Shown here: piece by piece, positions 1 to 11,146 of the stretch
Layout: every line of letters starts with the position of its first letter
How positions within the stretch are numbered: position 1 is the first letter of the stretch
Source: Macrostomum lignano
Lineage: Eukaryota
Assembly (NCBI GenBank): GCA_002269645.1
Contig: NIVC01000298.1
Coordinates: 1 to 64,000 of the forward strand
DNA length: 64,000 bases
Reading direction: 5' to 3'
Notes under the pieces: generated by a model
What the model was told of the DNA's origin: nothing
The model's input: the letters and a program-made list of their open reading frames with translations, nothing else
The model's database searches: none
Position numbers and translations under genes: made by a program

Positions 1-358
1 GAGTATCAGTTTTGAGAAAGACATGCAGAGAACAGCTCTGTTAGTGAGTGCAACGAGTTGAGGCCACGCTGTGCCCCGCTGCTGTCTCGCATTTTCAGTT
101 CCCCCTTCGTCTGTCTCGCGTTCCCAATAGTTTCCCGTCGAAGACTCAGAGCTAGGAAAAAGCATTTAACATGAATAAAGCCTCGAGAGAGCGCATGTGA
201 TGGATCGAAATTATCAGCGATCGGACATACGGAATTGTGACACAAGCAGTAAAATCAAAGTGATACGCAGGGATTGAGAATATGCTGCTTCGAGATGGTT
301 TTTTGCTGAGAATAAATGCTCGTTAATAAATGCATAGACAATATAACATTTTTGCTAG

Positions 359-625
359 TCAATGTCTCAACGAAAAGAATTCAAAATTGCTTTCATCGAT
401 CGAGCATCGTTTGGTCGTAAAAAGAGTAACTTAGCTTCCGCATCCATTAGCGGTCATAGGAATACTATTGGTAGCAGTAGTAAGGACGCGAGCCGTGCTA
501 GTAGCAGTCGAACTAGTAGCGCCAAAAAGTCTGCGCTAGTTGTTAAGGGGGCCACGGCAGCCTCGTGTAAGCAGCTGGTGCTGTCAGCTGAGATGGAGAA
601 GTTTCTCGGATTCTACGATCAAATT
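359..625 (+). CDS. Candidate alternative 5' or N-terminal exon of the ankyrin gene (MSQRKEFK...EMEKFLGFYDQI)
   Basis: T-rich acceptor (tttttgctag, AG 357-358), ATG at 362, open frame, and a consensus donor ATT|GTGAGT at 626. It ends in phase 0, matching the phase-0 acceptor at 5925. No clear homology, apart from a weak echo of ANK repeat 1 (MEKFL vs LE[K/R]VL). Confidence 0.4.
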
Positions 626-681
626 GTGAGTCGGACTTTTCTGTTCAATCTTATATCTCAGCTTCATATAGTCTCCCTGAT

Positions 682-2133
682 CCTTCATTCTCCCTACTGC
701 CCTCGTCATTCTCCCTACTGCTCACTTCATTCTCCCTACTGCTCACTTCATTCTCCCTACTGCCCTCGTCATTCTCCCTACTGTTCCCTTCATTCTCCCT
801 ACTGCCCTCGTCATTCTCCCTACTGTTCCCTTCATTCTCCCTACTGCCCTCGTCATTCTCCCTACTGTTCCCTTCATTCTCCCTACTGCCCTCGTCATTC
901 TCCCTACTGTTCCCTTCATTCTCCCTACTGCCTTCGTCATTCTCCCTACTGTTCCCTTCATTCTCCCTACTGCTCACTTCATTCTCCCTACTGCTCCCTT
1001 CATTCTCCCTACTGCTCTCGTCATTCTCCCTACTGCTCCCTTGATTTTCCCTACTGCCCTTCATTTTCCCTACTGCTCCCTTCATTTTCCCTACTGCTCA
1101 CTTCATTCTCCCTACTGCTTCCTTCATTTTCCCTACTGCTCCCTTCATTCTCCCTACTGCTCCCTTTATTTTCCCTACTGCTCTCTTCATTCTCCCTACT
1201 GGTCCCTTCATTTTCCCTACTGCTCCCTTCATTCTCCCTACTGCTCCCTTTATTTTCCCTACTGCTCCCTTCATTCTCCCTACTGCTCACTTCATTCTCC
1301 CTACTGCTCACTTCATTCTCCCTACTGCTCCCTTCATTCTCCTTACTGCTCACTTCATTCTCCCTACTGCTCACTTCATTCTCCCTACTGCTCCCTTCAT
1401 TCTCCTTACTGCTCACTTCATTCTCCCTACTGCTCACTTCATTCTCCCTACTGCTCCCTTCATTCTCCTTACTGCTCACTTCATTCTCCCTACTGCTCAC
1501 TTCATTCTCCCTACTGCTCCCTTCATTCTCCCTACTGCTCACTTCATTCTCCCTACTGCTCACTTCATTCTCCCTACTGCTCCCTTCATTCTCCTTACTG
1601 CTCCCTTCATTCTCCCTACTGCTCACTTCATTCTCCCTACTGCTCACTTCATTCTCCCTACTGCTCACTTCATTCTCCCTACTGCTCACTTCATTCTCCC
1701 TACTGCTCACTTCATTCTCCCTACTGCTCCCTTCATTCTCCCTACTGCTCACTTCATTCTCCCTACTGCTCACTTCATTCTCCCTACTGCTCCCTTCATT
1801 CTCCTTACTGCTCACTTCATTCTCCCTACTGCTCACTTCATTCTCCCTACTGCTCCCTTCATTCTCCCTACTGCTCCCTTCATTCTCCCTACTGCTCCCT
1901 TCATTTTACCTACTGCTCCCTTCATTCTCCTTACTGCTCCCTTCATTCTCCCTACTGCTCACTTCATTCTCCCTACTGCTCCCTTCATTCTCCTTACTGC
2001 TCCCTTCATTCTCCTTACTGCTCCCTTCATTCTCCCTACTACTCCCTTCATTCTCCATACTGGTCCCTTCATTCTCCCTACTACTCCCTTCATTCTCCAT
2101 ACTGGTCCCTTCATTTTCCCTACTGCTCCCTTA
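682..2133. repeat. 21-bp minisatellite CTTCATTCTCCCTACTGCTC(A/C), about 69 copies
   Basis: Direct reading; it produces the HSPYCSL / SFSLLLP / SSRENEG pseudo-ORFs. Confidence 0.97.
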
Positions 2134-3169
2134 CCGCTAAGTCGGACAGGTCGTTTATCCCCAGACGCGATGCCGTGGTACCCGAAAAAATGGAATATTC
2201 TTTGAATAAATAAGATAGTAGAGCCTTACTGGCGAGGCGTAGTTTCAGCCTAGTTTAAATCTCGGAAGCGGCTATAAAGAAGGGCGCACGCTATCTTAGC
2301 ATTCGATAGAAGCCACCAATTTAATCCACTGTTAATTAAGCATGGTCCCTATTTCGTGACTCAATCAGTCAGTCTTTGTAATCTCTCTCCTTTTCTATCC
2401 GATCAGTTCAGTCATTAAAAAGTCTCTAATGTATGAGCAAGAGTTATGAATATGTCTGCCAGTAAGAAAGTGGTAGTAGTGTCGTGTAGAAAATTTAATT
2501 TAGTAAATTACCGAAGAAAGTGAAGCAAGAAATAAAGTAGCGATTACCGCCATTAGCATATCGGAAATGATTATATGATCCAACTTCTCCATTACTAAAT
2601 TGCTTAATATTGCTTTAGCTCGTTATTAAAATGTCTTGGAGATTAGGCCACGAGCTCGAGCTCAGTATGACTGCTACAGTTAACATACAAAAACACAGGC
2701 CTGTGTCTTGTAGATTCAATCAACTAACTTACCAGCCTTGTTTAAAAGCATGATCAAGTAGAACGAAGGAGTATGAGGTCTTGAGGCGCTGAGACACGAA
2801 TAAAAGAGACGAGAAGTATGTCCTCCAGTCAAGCGCGACGCTGTCGGGCAATCCACTTGATTGAAACCAGCGATATTCTTCAGAAGTCCTTGGGTATAAC
2901 ACTTGTCTCTTTGAGCGCTAGGCGGACTAGTGCAGGCATACAAAAAAGATGTGTTGCTCGCAATTTTTTTCTGCTTTCGGCTTGACTTCTTGATGCTGCC
3001 AAGTGTCTGCCTTTGAGAGAGAAGACCGCTGCTCTTTATAATAATCCCAGTGTCTTCCATACAACGTATCGATTCTCTTACTTGGAACTGTTTATATCGT
3101 TCTCTGTTTGCTCAATAAGCGCAGAGAAACTGTAATAATGGCGCAAAAATGTATTGGGTCTTCAAAATG

Positions 3170-3310
3170 AGGCAAAATAGTATCTTGACAACAGCTCCTA
3201 AGTAGTATCGTAACAACAGCGTTAAATAGTATCTTGCTGATGGCGCGAAATAGTATCTTGCTGATGGCGCTAAGTAGTATGTTGCTAATGACGCCAAATA
3301 GTATATTGAC
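3170..3310. repeat. Degenerate ~23-bp repeat (GCGCCAAATAGTATCTTG...), with a sister array at 5519-5765
   Basis: Recurring AAATAGTATCTTG / GGCGC core. Confidence 0.75.
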
Positions 3311-3389
3311 TAGCAATTTAAGCCCCCCGTTGGGGGACGCAAGAATGACGCCAAATGGTTTTTATTTTGGCCTATGAGTAATAACCTTA

Positions 3390-4520
3390 CCCCCGGTAAG
3401 CCTTGAAATCTCAGCAATACCCCCAGTAAGCCTTGACATCTCAGCAATTCCTCCAGTAAGCCTTGACAACTCAGCAATTCCCCCCAGTAAGCCTTGAAAT
3501 CTCAGTAATTCCCCCCAGCAAGCCTTGAAATCTCAGTAATTCCCCAGTAAGTATCGAATCTCAGTAATTCCTCCAGTAAGTCTTGACTTCTCACAATTCC
3601 TCCAGTAAGCCTTGACATCTCAGCAATTGCCCCAGTAAGCCTTGAAGTCTCAGCAATTCCCCGAGTAAGCCTTGAAATCTCAGCAATTCCCCCAGTAAGC
3701 CTTGACATCTCAGCAATTCCCCCAGTAAGCGTTGACATTTCAGCAATTCCCCCAGTTAGCCTTGAAATCTCAGCAATTCCCCAGTTAGCCTTGACATCTC
3801 AGCAATTCCCCCAGTTAGCCTTGACATCTCAGTAATTCCCCAGTTAGCTTTGACATCTCAGTAATTCCCCAGTAAGCCTTGAAATCTCAGCAATACCCCC
3901 AGTAAGCATTGACATCTCAGCAATTCCCCCAGTAAGCCTTGACAACTCAACAATTCCCCCAGTTGCCATGAATCAAAATCTTCACCAGCCAAAGTTTCCT
4001 TCATCAGCCCAAAACCCTTTCTCATTCAGCAAATAGTACTTATCCTTTCAAGCACAAACTCTTAGTGCATATCGTCATTGGCCTGGGCGTATTCTGGTCC
4101 GCAGCAGGAGCTCAATATGCCATAAGCCTTGATGACATCTCAGTAATTCCCCCAGTTAGCCTTGACATCTCAGCAATTCCCCCAGTAAGCCTTGACATCT
4201 CAGCAATTCCCCCAGTAAGCCTTGACATCTCAGCAATTCCCCCAGTAAGCCTTGAAATCTAAGCAATTCCCCCAATAAGCCTTGACATTTCAGAAATTCC
4301 CCAATAAGCCTTGAAATCTCAGCAATTTCCCCAGTTAGCCTTGACTTCTCAGTAATTCCCCCAGTTAGCCTTGACATCTCAGCAATTCCCCCAGTAAGCC
4401 TTGACATCTCAGCAATTCCCCCAGTAAGCCTTGACATCTCAGCAATTCCCCCAGTAAGCCTCGAGATCGCAGCAATTACCCCAGTAAGCCTTGACATCTC
4501 AACAATTCCCCCAGTAAGCC
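3390..4520. repeat. 30-bp minisatellite AGTAAGCCTTGACATCTCAGCAATTCCCCC in two blocks (3390-3965, 4124-4520)
   Basis: Direct reading; a ~160-bp unique insert separates the blocks. Confidence 0.95.
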
Positions 4521-5234
4521 AGATAAATTTGCTGCTTCAATGCAGACTCCAACTGCCGACCATCTGCTTAGCCTATGCTTGTTATTGCTTGTCTACAGTA
4601 ATTCAGTAATTCTTGTAGCTTGTAGCTTCTCTTCTAATCCCGCAAAACAGAATGCAGTCATACTATTAACAGCCTGCAGATATCCACACTGCCGTCTACA
4701 ACTTTCATTAACATCAGCAAACTACAATAATTCATTCAGCAGTCTGCAGTTATCCCCTCAAAAACTTGCGCTTAATCATTCACAGTTATTATCCACTAAA
4801 ACTCTGTAGATAGATATCCCATTGGAAGTTTGCAGCTATACACTCATAAGTCTTGAGGAACAACCTCAGCAGTTTTTCGTTTTTCAACTTTGCAGTCTAA
4901 ATAAATGATCCCTTCGACAATCTGCAGTTCTCCTCAGCAACCTGCGGTCATTCCATTTGCAGTCTACAACAATTCTCATTCTCAGCAGTCTGCAGTTTTC
5001 CTCTTTGCTGGCCCCTCAGTATCCTCAGGAAGCTGCAATGATCCTTTCAATAATTGTACGGCTCATTATATAATCAATTTTCGATAGATATTGGCAGTCT
5101 TTTGCACATCAATGCAACGAAGATTTTGCATCGTCTGCATTTTAGCGATTAGTCCAGGAACAAGCTACAAATAAATGAAAATGAAAATAACTGAAGCTTG
5201 CGAATATTTAATTATTTATAGCTCGCAGCATCAG

Positions 5235-5517
5235 CTCAAGAAGTTAAAGTTTAGTCTATGGCCATAGACGTATTATTATTTTTCGAGCTCTCACTGCGAG
5301 AAAAATACACTAATTAGATAGGGAAAATACAGTTTTTTGAATATTTAAGACCTTTAGCATTGAAGCAGATAAAAGAAATTTTAACCATACAATCCTTGGC
5401 TGATTTGCAATGTTTTGGTGAAAACGCGATCGAAATTGGTCAAGAATTGCAGTCTGCAGAGCGTTTTACACGGACATAGATTAGAGATTTAGTATATTTA
5501 GATTTAGATAGATAGAT
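5235..5517 (-). mobile_element. Possible non-autonomous Helitron-like relic
   Basis: The minus strand starts ATCTATCTATCTAAATCTAAATATACTAAATCTC..., contains GACCAATTTCGATCGCGTTTTCACC, and ends near the perfect 16-bp palindrome GTCTATGGCCATAGAC (5254-5269). The resemblance to invertebrate rolling-circle elements is from memory only. Confidence 0.3.
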
Positions 5518-5518
5518 G

Positions 5519-5765
5519 GTAGCGCCAAATAGCATCTTGAAATGATAGCGCTAAATCAAATCTTGCTGATAGCGCCAAATAGTATTTTGAGGACAGCGCT
5601 AAGTGGTATCGTAGCAATGGCGCCAATTAGTGTCTTGATGATGATGGAGCCAAATAGTATCTTGATAATGGCGCAAGTATGATCTTGTCAACTGCGCCAA
5701 ATATGATCTTGACAACAGCGCCAAATAGTATTTTGATAACGGTGCTAAATATGATCATGACTATG
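5519..5765. repeat. Degenerate ~23-bp GCGCCAAATAGTAT repeat
   Basis: Same family as 3170-3310. Confidence 0.75.
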
Positions 5766-5924
5766 AAGAAGAATGGAGCCAAAATAAATTTAAATTGCGC
5801 CAATTAAAGCATTGGCAAGAACTGCATCAGCTGAAAGCTTGGTATCTCAGCCTAATCAGTTTTGAGAACTATCTGCTTGAGCATCAAATGGATATGTTAC
5901 TTCACCATCTCTCCAACTATTTAG

Positions 5925-6170
5925 AACGGCCTGAACGCGCTTCATCTGGCCTCAAAGGAGGGCCACACCGCTGTCGTGCGCGAACTTCTAATGCGCAACG
6001 CTGATCCTGACGCCAGCACCAAGAAAGGCAACACGGCGTTGCACATTGCCTCTCTGGCTGGCCAACTAGACGTTGTGAAGCTTCTAGTTGAGAAGGGAGC
6101 CCGAGTGAATTGCCAGTCGCAGAACGGGTTCACGCCGTTGTACATGGCCGCGCAGGAGAATCACCTCGAT
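5925..6170 (+). CDS. Ank: Ankyrin exon: ANK repeats 2-4
   Basis: ttag|AAC GGC CTG AAC ([14 protein letters not shown]...QENHLD)|gtaagt; 246 nt, phase 0-0. Confidence 0.95.
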
Positions 6171-9100
6171 GTAAGTTTGTCTGCATTTTTACATCCTATT
6201 GGGGTTAAAAAAGCCTAATAATAACAATAATTTCTTAGTAACATTTTACTGAGGATTTTGGATCTCTATGGCCCTCCTTATCTCGGCACTATGACCGTCG
6301 TGATCTCGGCACTCTATGGCCCTCCTGATCTCGGCACTCTATGGCCTTCCTGATCTCGGCACTCTATGACCCTCCTGATCTCGGCACTCTATGGCCCTAT
6401 GGCCCTCCTGATCTCGGCACTCTATGACCTTGATCTCGGCACTCCATGACCCTCGTGATCTCGGCCCTCTATGATCTTCCTTATCGATCAGATCTATGAC
6501 CTTCCTGCCTCGGCACTCTATGACCTTCCTAATCTTGGCACTATATGACCAACCTTCGTAATATTTCTGCTATGTGCCCTTTCTTTTGTAGTCTAAGTAC
6601 TCCATGACCCGATTATCGTAGCACTGATTTCAGTATAGTTGAATAGTCTAATAGTAGTTTAGTAGTTGAAAAAATGCCTCCAGTGATGCTACTCAGAAAG
6701 TTAGTCGAACTATTCGTAAAAAATTGTTATTACTTTCGCCTTAGGTCGTGAAGTTCCTCCTAGCCTCGGGCGCTTCGCAGACTCTGGCCACAACGGACGG
6801 CTTCACTCCGCTAGCCGTCGCTCTTCAGCAGTGCCACGACAAAGTGGTCGCCTGCCTGCTAGAGAACGACAGTCGCGGCCGTTCTCGCATGCCTGCCCTA
6901 CACGTGGCCGCCAAGAAGGACGACGTTCGCTCGGCTACCCTGCTGCTGACCTCCGACTGCAACCCAAATCAGCAGGCTGGTAGCGGGTTCACCGCTCTCC
7001 ACATTGCCGCTCACTACGGCAGCCAGAGCGTGGCTGCTCTGCTCATTGAGAAAGGCGCCGATGTTAACTTCCAGGTGAGTGCGCAGGAGTGAGGTGGGTG
7101 TCTTCGTTTATGGCTTGTTCAATGGTCAGAGTTTCACTAACCAATTAGCCGTGGAGTGAGGTGGATGTCTTTATTGATGAATCATTCTATGGTTAGAGTT
7201 CCACTAGCCAATTAGTCGCGGAGTGGGGTGGATGTCTTTATTGATGACTCATGCTGTAGTTTAAAATTCCACTAACCAATTAGCAGCGGAGTGGGGTGGA
7301 TATCTTTATTGCTGATTCATTCTATGGTCAGAGTTCCACTAACCAATTAGCAGCGGAGTGGGGTGGATGTCTTTATTGCTGACTCCTTCTATGGTTAAAA
7401 TTCCACTAACCAATTAGTCGCGGAGTGAGGTGGATGTCTTTATTGATGACTCATTCTATAGTTAAAGTTGCACTAACCAATCAGCCGCGAAGTGGGGTGG
7501 ATAGCTTAATTGATTACTCATTCTATGGTCAGAGTTCCACTAACCAATCACGAGCGGAGGAAGGGTAGGTTTCTGATGACTCATTCCCCGACCCTCAAAG
7601 TAATTTTAAGTAATAACAACCACCTTATTCTCAGGCCCGCAACAACATTACCCCTCTGCACGTGGCCGCCAAATGGGGCATGCTGCCCGTAGTGCAAAAA
7701 CTAATCGAGAACAATGCCGAAGTCGATTGCAAAACTCGCGACGGCCTCACGCCGTTGCACTGCGCCTCCCGGTCGGGCCAGTACGCCGTTGTCGACCAGC
7801 TGCTGACCAGCGGCGCCAGCTTCGGTATGAAATCGCGCAGCGGCCTGAGCGCCCTGCACATGGCCACCCAAGGCGATCACGTGGACTGTGCCAGGCTTCT
7901 ACTGGTTCGCGGCACTAATATTGACGATACTACTATTGACTTGCTGACTCCGTTGCACGTGGCGGCTCATTGCGGCTACACTAGGGTTGCTAAGCTTCTG
8001 CTAGATCACCGCTGCATGGTCAACGCCCGAGCTCTCAACGGTTTCACTCCGTTGCACATCGCCTGTAAGAAAAATCGAATTCGCGTTATCGAACTGCTGC
8101 TGCAGTACAGCTGCGCTATTGAGGCCACGACTGAGTCCGGCTTGACTCCGCTTCACGTGGCCGCTTTTATGGGCCACACCAACGTGGCCGTGCTGCTCAT
8201 GCAACACGGAGCCAATCCTAACAGCCCCACTGTGCGCAGTGAGACGCCTCTGCATCTGGCCGTTAGGAGCAACCAGGTTAGTAGGGCTTTTAGGGTGATT
8301 CGATTCGGTATTTTACGAGTATCATTGTGGGATCATTCGGGTTATATTTTATCATTTTGGGATCATTCGTGTCATTTTTATAATTGTGGGATCATTCGGG
8401 TCATTTTTATCATTGTGGGATCATTCGGGTCTTTTTTATCATTGTGGGATCATTCGGGTCATTTTTATCATTGTGGGATCATTTGGGTCATTTTTATCAT
8501 TGTGTGATCATTCGGGTCATTTTTATCATTGTGTGATCATTCTGGTCATTTTTATCATTGTGTGATCATTCGGGTCATTTTTATCATTGTGTGATCATTC
8601 GGGTCATTTTTATCATTGTGTGATCCTTTGGGTCACATTTTATCATTGTGGATAATTCGGGTGATTGTATCATTGTGGGATCATTCGGGTCATATTGAAT
8701 CATTGTGGGATCATTCGAGCCATTCAGATCATTTTTTCAAGCGTAATTCGCAGCACAAATGAAAACCAACTTATACAAACCGCAGGTTGAAGTGGTTCGG
8801 GCTCTCCTACGCAGCAACGCCCAGGTGGACGCGCGGGCCAAAGACAACCAAACGCCGTTGCACATTGCCAGCCGTCTGGGCAACGCCGAGATGACCACCG
8901 TGCTGCTCGAAGCCGGCGCCAATCCCGACGCCACCTGCAAAGATAATTACACAGCTCTGCACGTGGCTGCTAGGGAGGGTCACGAAGATGTAAGTTAATG
9001 TTCGCAGGGCCTTTCTGGGTACTATCCAAGTGAAACAGAGCACAGGCGGAGTCGAGAACTGTATTTGTCTTCTCTAGCCAATCAGAACGCGGAGTGGGGT

Positions 9101-11092
9101 TGTTAACTGTTCCCTACCCTCTCCAGCCAATCAGATTAAAGCTAAGTGTACATGCGCACAACCCCCCCTCCCAATACCCTCAGGTGGCAGCCGTCCTGCT
9201 CGACAACAAGGCCAGCCTGCAGTTGGCCACTAAGAAAGGCGCCACTCCGTTGCACAACGCCGCCAAATATGACAAAATCGGCGTTGCTAAGCTGTTGCTA
9301 GCCAGAGGCGCCGATCCCAACGCTCGCGGTCGGAACGGCCTGACGCCATTGCACCTGGCCGCTCATTACAATCGCACATCGATCGCTGCCGCTCTTCTAG
9401 AAGCCAAAGCCAACGCCAATTGCTTGGCTAGCAACGGCTACACGCCGTTGCACATCGCCGCTCGTAAGAATCATCTGGATCTAGCGCGGCAGCTGATGTC
9501 CGGCGGCGCCAACACTCGCGCCGAATCCAAGAGCGGCTTCGCGCCGTTGCACCTGGCCGCCCAGGAAGGCCATCCGGAGATGTGCGCCGCATTGCTAAGC
9601 AGTAACGCCGCCGTTGATCAGGCCTCGCATAATGGCATCACGCCGTTGCACCTGGCCGCTCAGGAGGACCGGGTCACCTCCGCCGAGGTTCTGGTCGTTC
9701 AGCACGGCGGGCAGATCGATCCGCAGACCAAGGCCGGCTACACTCCGCTGCACACCGCCTGCTTCTTCAACCAGGTCAACATGATCCGCTTCCTGCTCCG
9801 TCACGGTGCCGGGGTTAACGCGCTCACGCAGCAGAAGTTCACTCCGCTACACGTGGCCTCGCAGCAGGGCCATCTGCAGGTTGTCTACCTGCTGCTCGAA
9901 GCTGGCGCCGATGCCAACATGCGGAACGCGGTGAGCTGTCTGCCATCCTGCTAAGACTGTAGAGGGATCGTGATTAGGAGGGCTAGACTCAACCTTGAAG
10001 CTTCAAATGCTTTTCTTCTCGTAGTTTCAACATGTGGAGCTTCTTCTCTCAAGCTCAGAGTATCTCATAAGCTCAGAGTATCTCATAAGCTCAGATTATC
10101 TCGTAAGCTCAGAGTATCTCATAAACTCAGAGTATCTCATAAGCTCAGATTGTCTCGTAGGCTCAGAGTATCTCATAAGCTCAGAGTATCTCATAAGCTC
10201 AGATTGTCTCGTAAGCTCAGAGTATCTCATAAGCTCAGAGTATCTCGTAAGCTCAGAGTATCTCATAAGCTCAGAGTATCTCATAAGCTCAGATTGTCTC
10301 GTAAGCTCAGAGTATCTCATAAGCTCAGATTGTCTCATAAGCTCAGAGTATCTCATAAGCTCAGATTGTCTCATAAGCTCAGAGTATCTCATAAGCTCAG
10401 ATTGTCTCGTAAGCTCAGAGTATCTCATAAGCTCAGATTGTCTCATAAGCTCAGAGTATCTCATAAGCTCAGAGTATCTCATAAGCTCAGAGTATCTCAT
10501 AAGCTCAGAGTATCTCATAAGCTCAGAGTATCTCGTAAGCTCAGAGTATCTCATAAGCTCAGAATATCTTATAAGCCCAGAGCATCTCATAATTTGAGAT
10601 TATCTCTAATAAGCTCGACACTTCACAAGGTCAACAATTAGCTTGCTGGGGAATCTTTATTTTTTGATAAAAAATCACAAATTTTCGAGCTAAAATAGGC
10701 GAGAGGCCCAGTTTCAAACTTGCATTGAGGTAATCTATACTGGTACATATTTTTGTTACCTAAAAGGCCATTTCAAAGACACTTATATAGATTTTGGAGA
10801 ATGGGATTTCTTGCCTTTCTATAGGATATTTTTGGACGGATAGATAGGATGGTTTTAGTTCCGCTGTTTTTAAAGCTCTTAGATATTGCGCATGTAAGCA
10901 TCATCCATGTATCTTTGCGTTGCATGCACGTTGTGATGGTAGGGGATTTAGGTAGATAAAGAAACCTTTGCTATTTCTAGGGCTGACTGATTCGTAATTA
11001 AAGCCTCGCACTCCTCCCCGCACTGCTGGGCCTCCCTCTCCCATATTCTCCTGTTCTGCTCCTTTTTGTGCTGTTTCGAAGTCTGCGGCAGC

Positions 11093-11146
<54 letters not shown>

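Noticed and set aside
362-2213. Long ORFs 362..2140, 1041..2213 and their antisense partners as real proteins
   Set aside because: They stay open only because the 21-bp unit is a multiple of 3 and lacks stops. Only 359-625 has exon-like signals.
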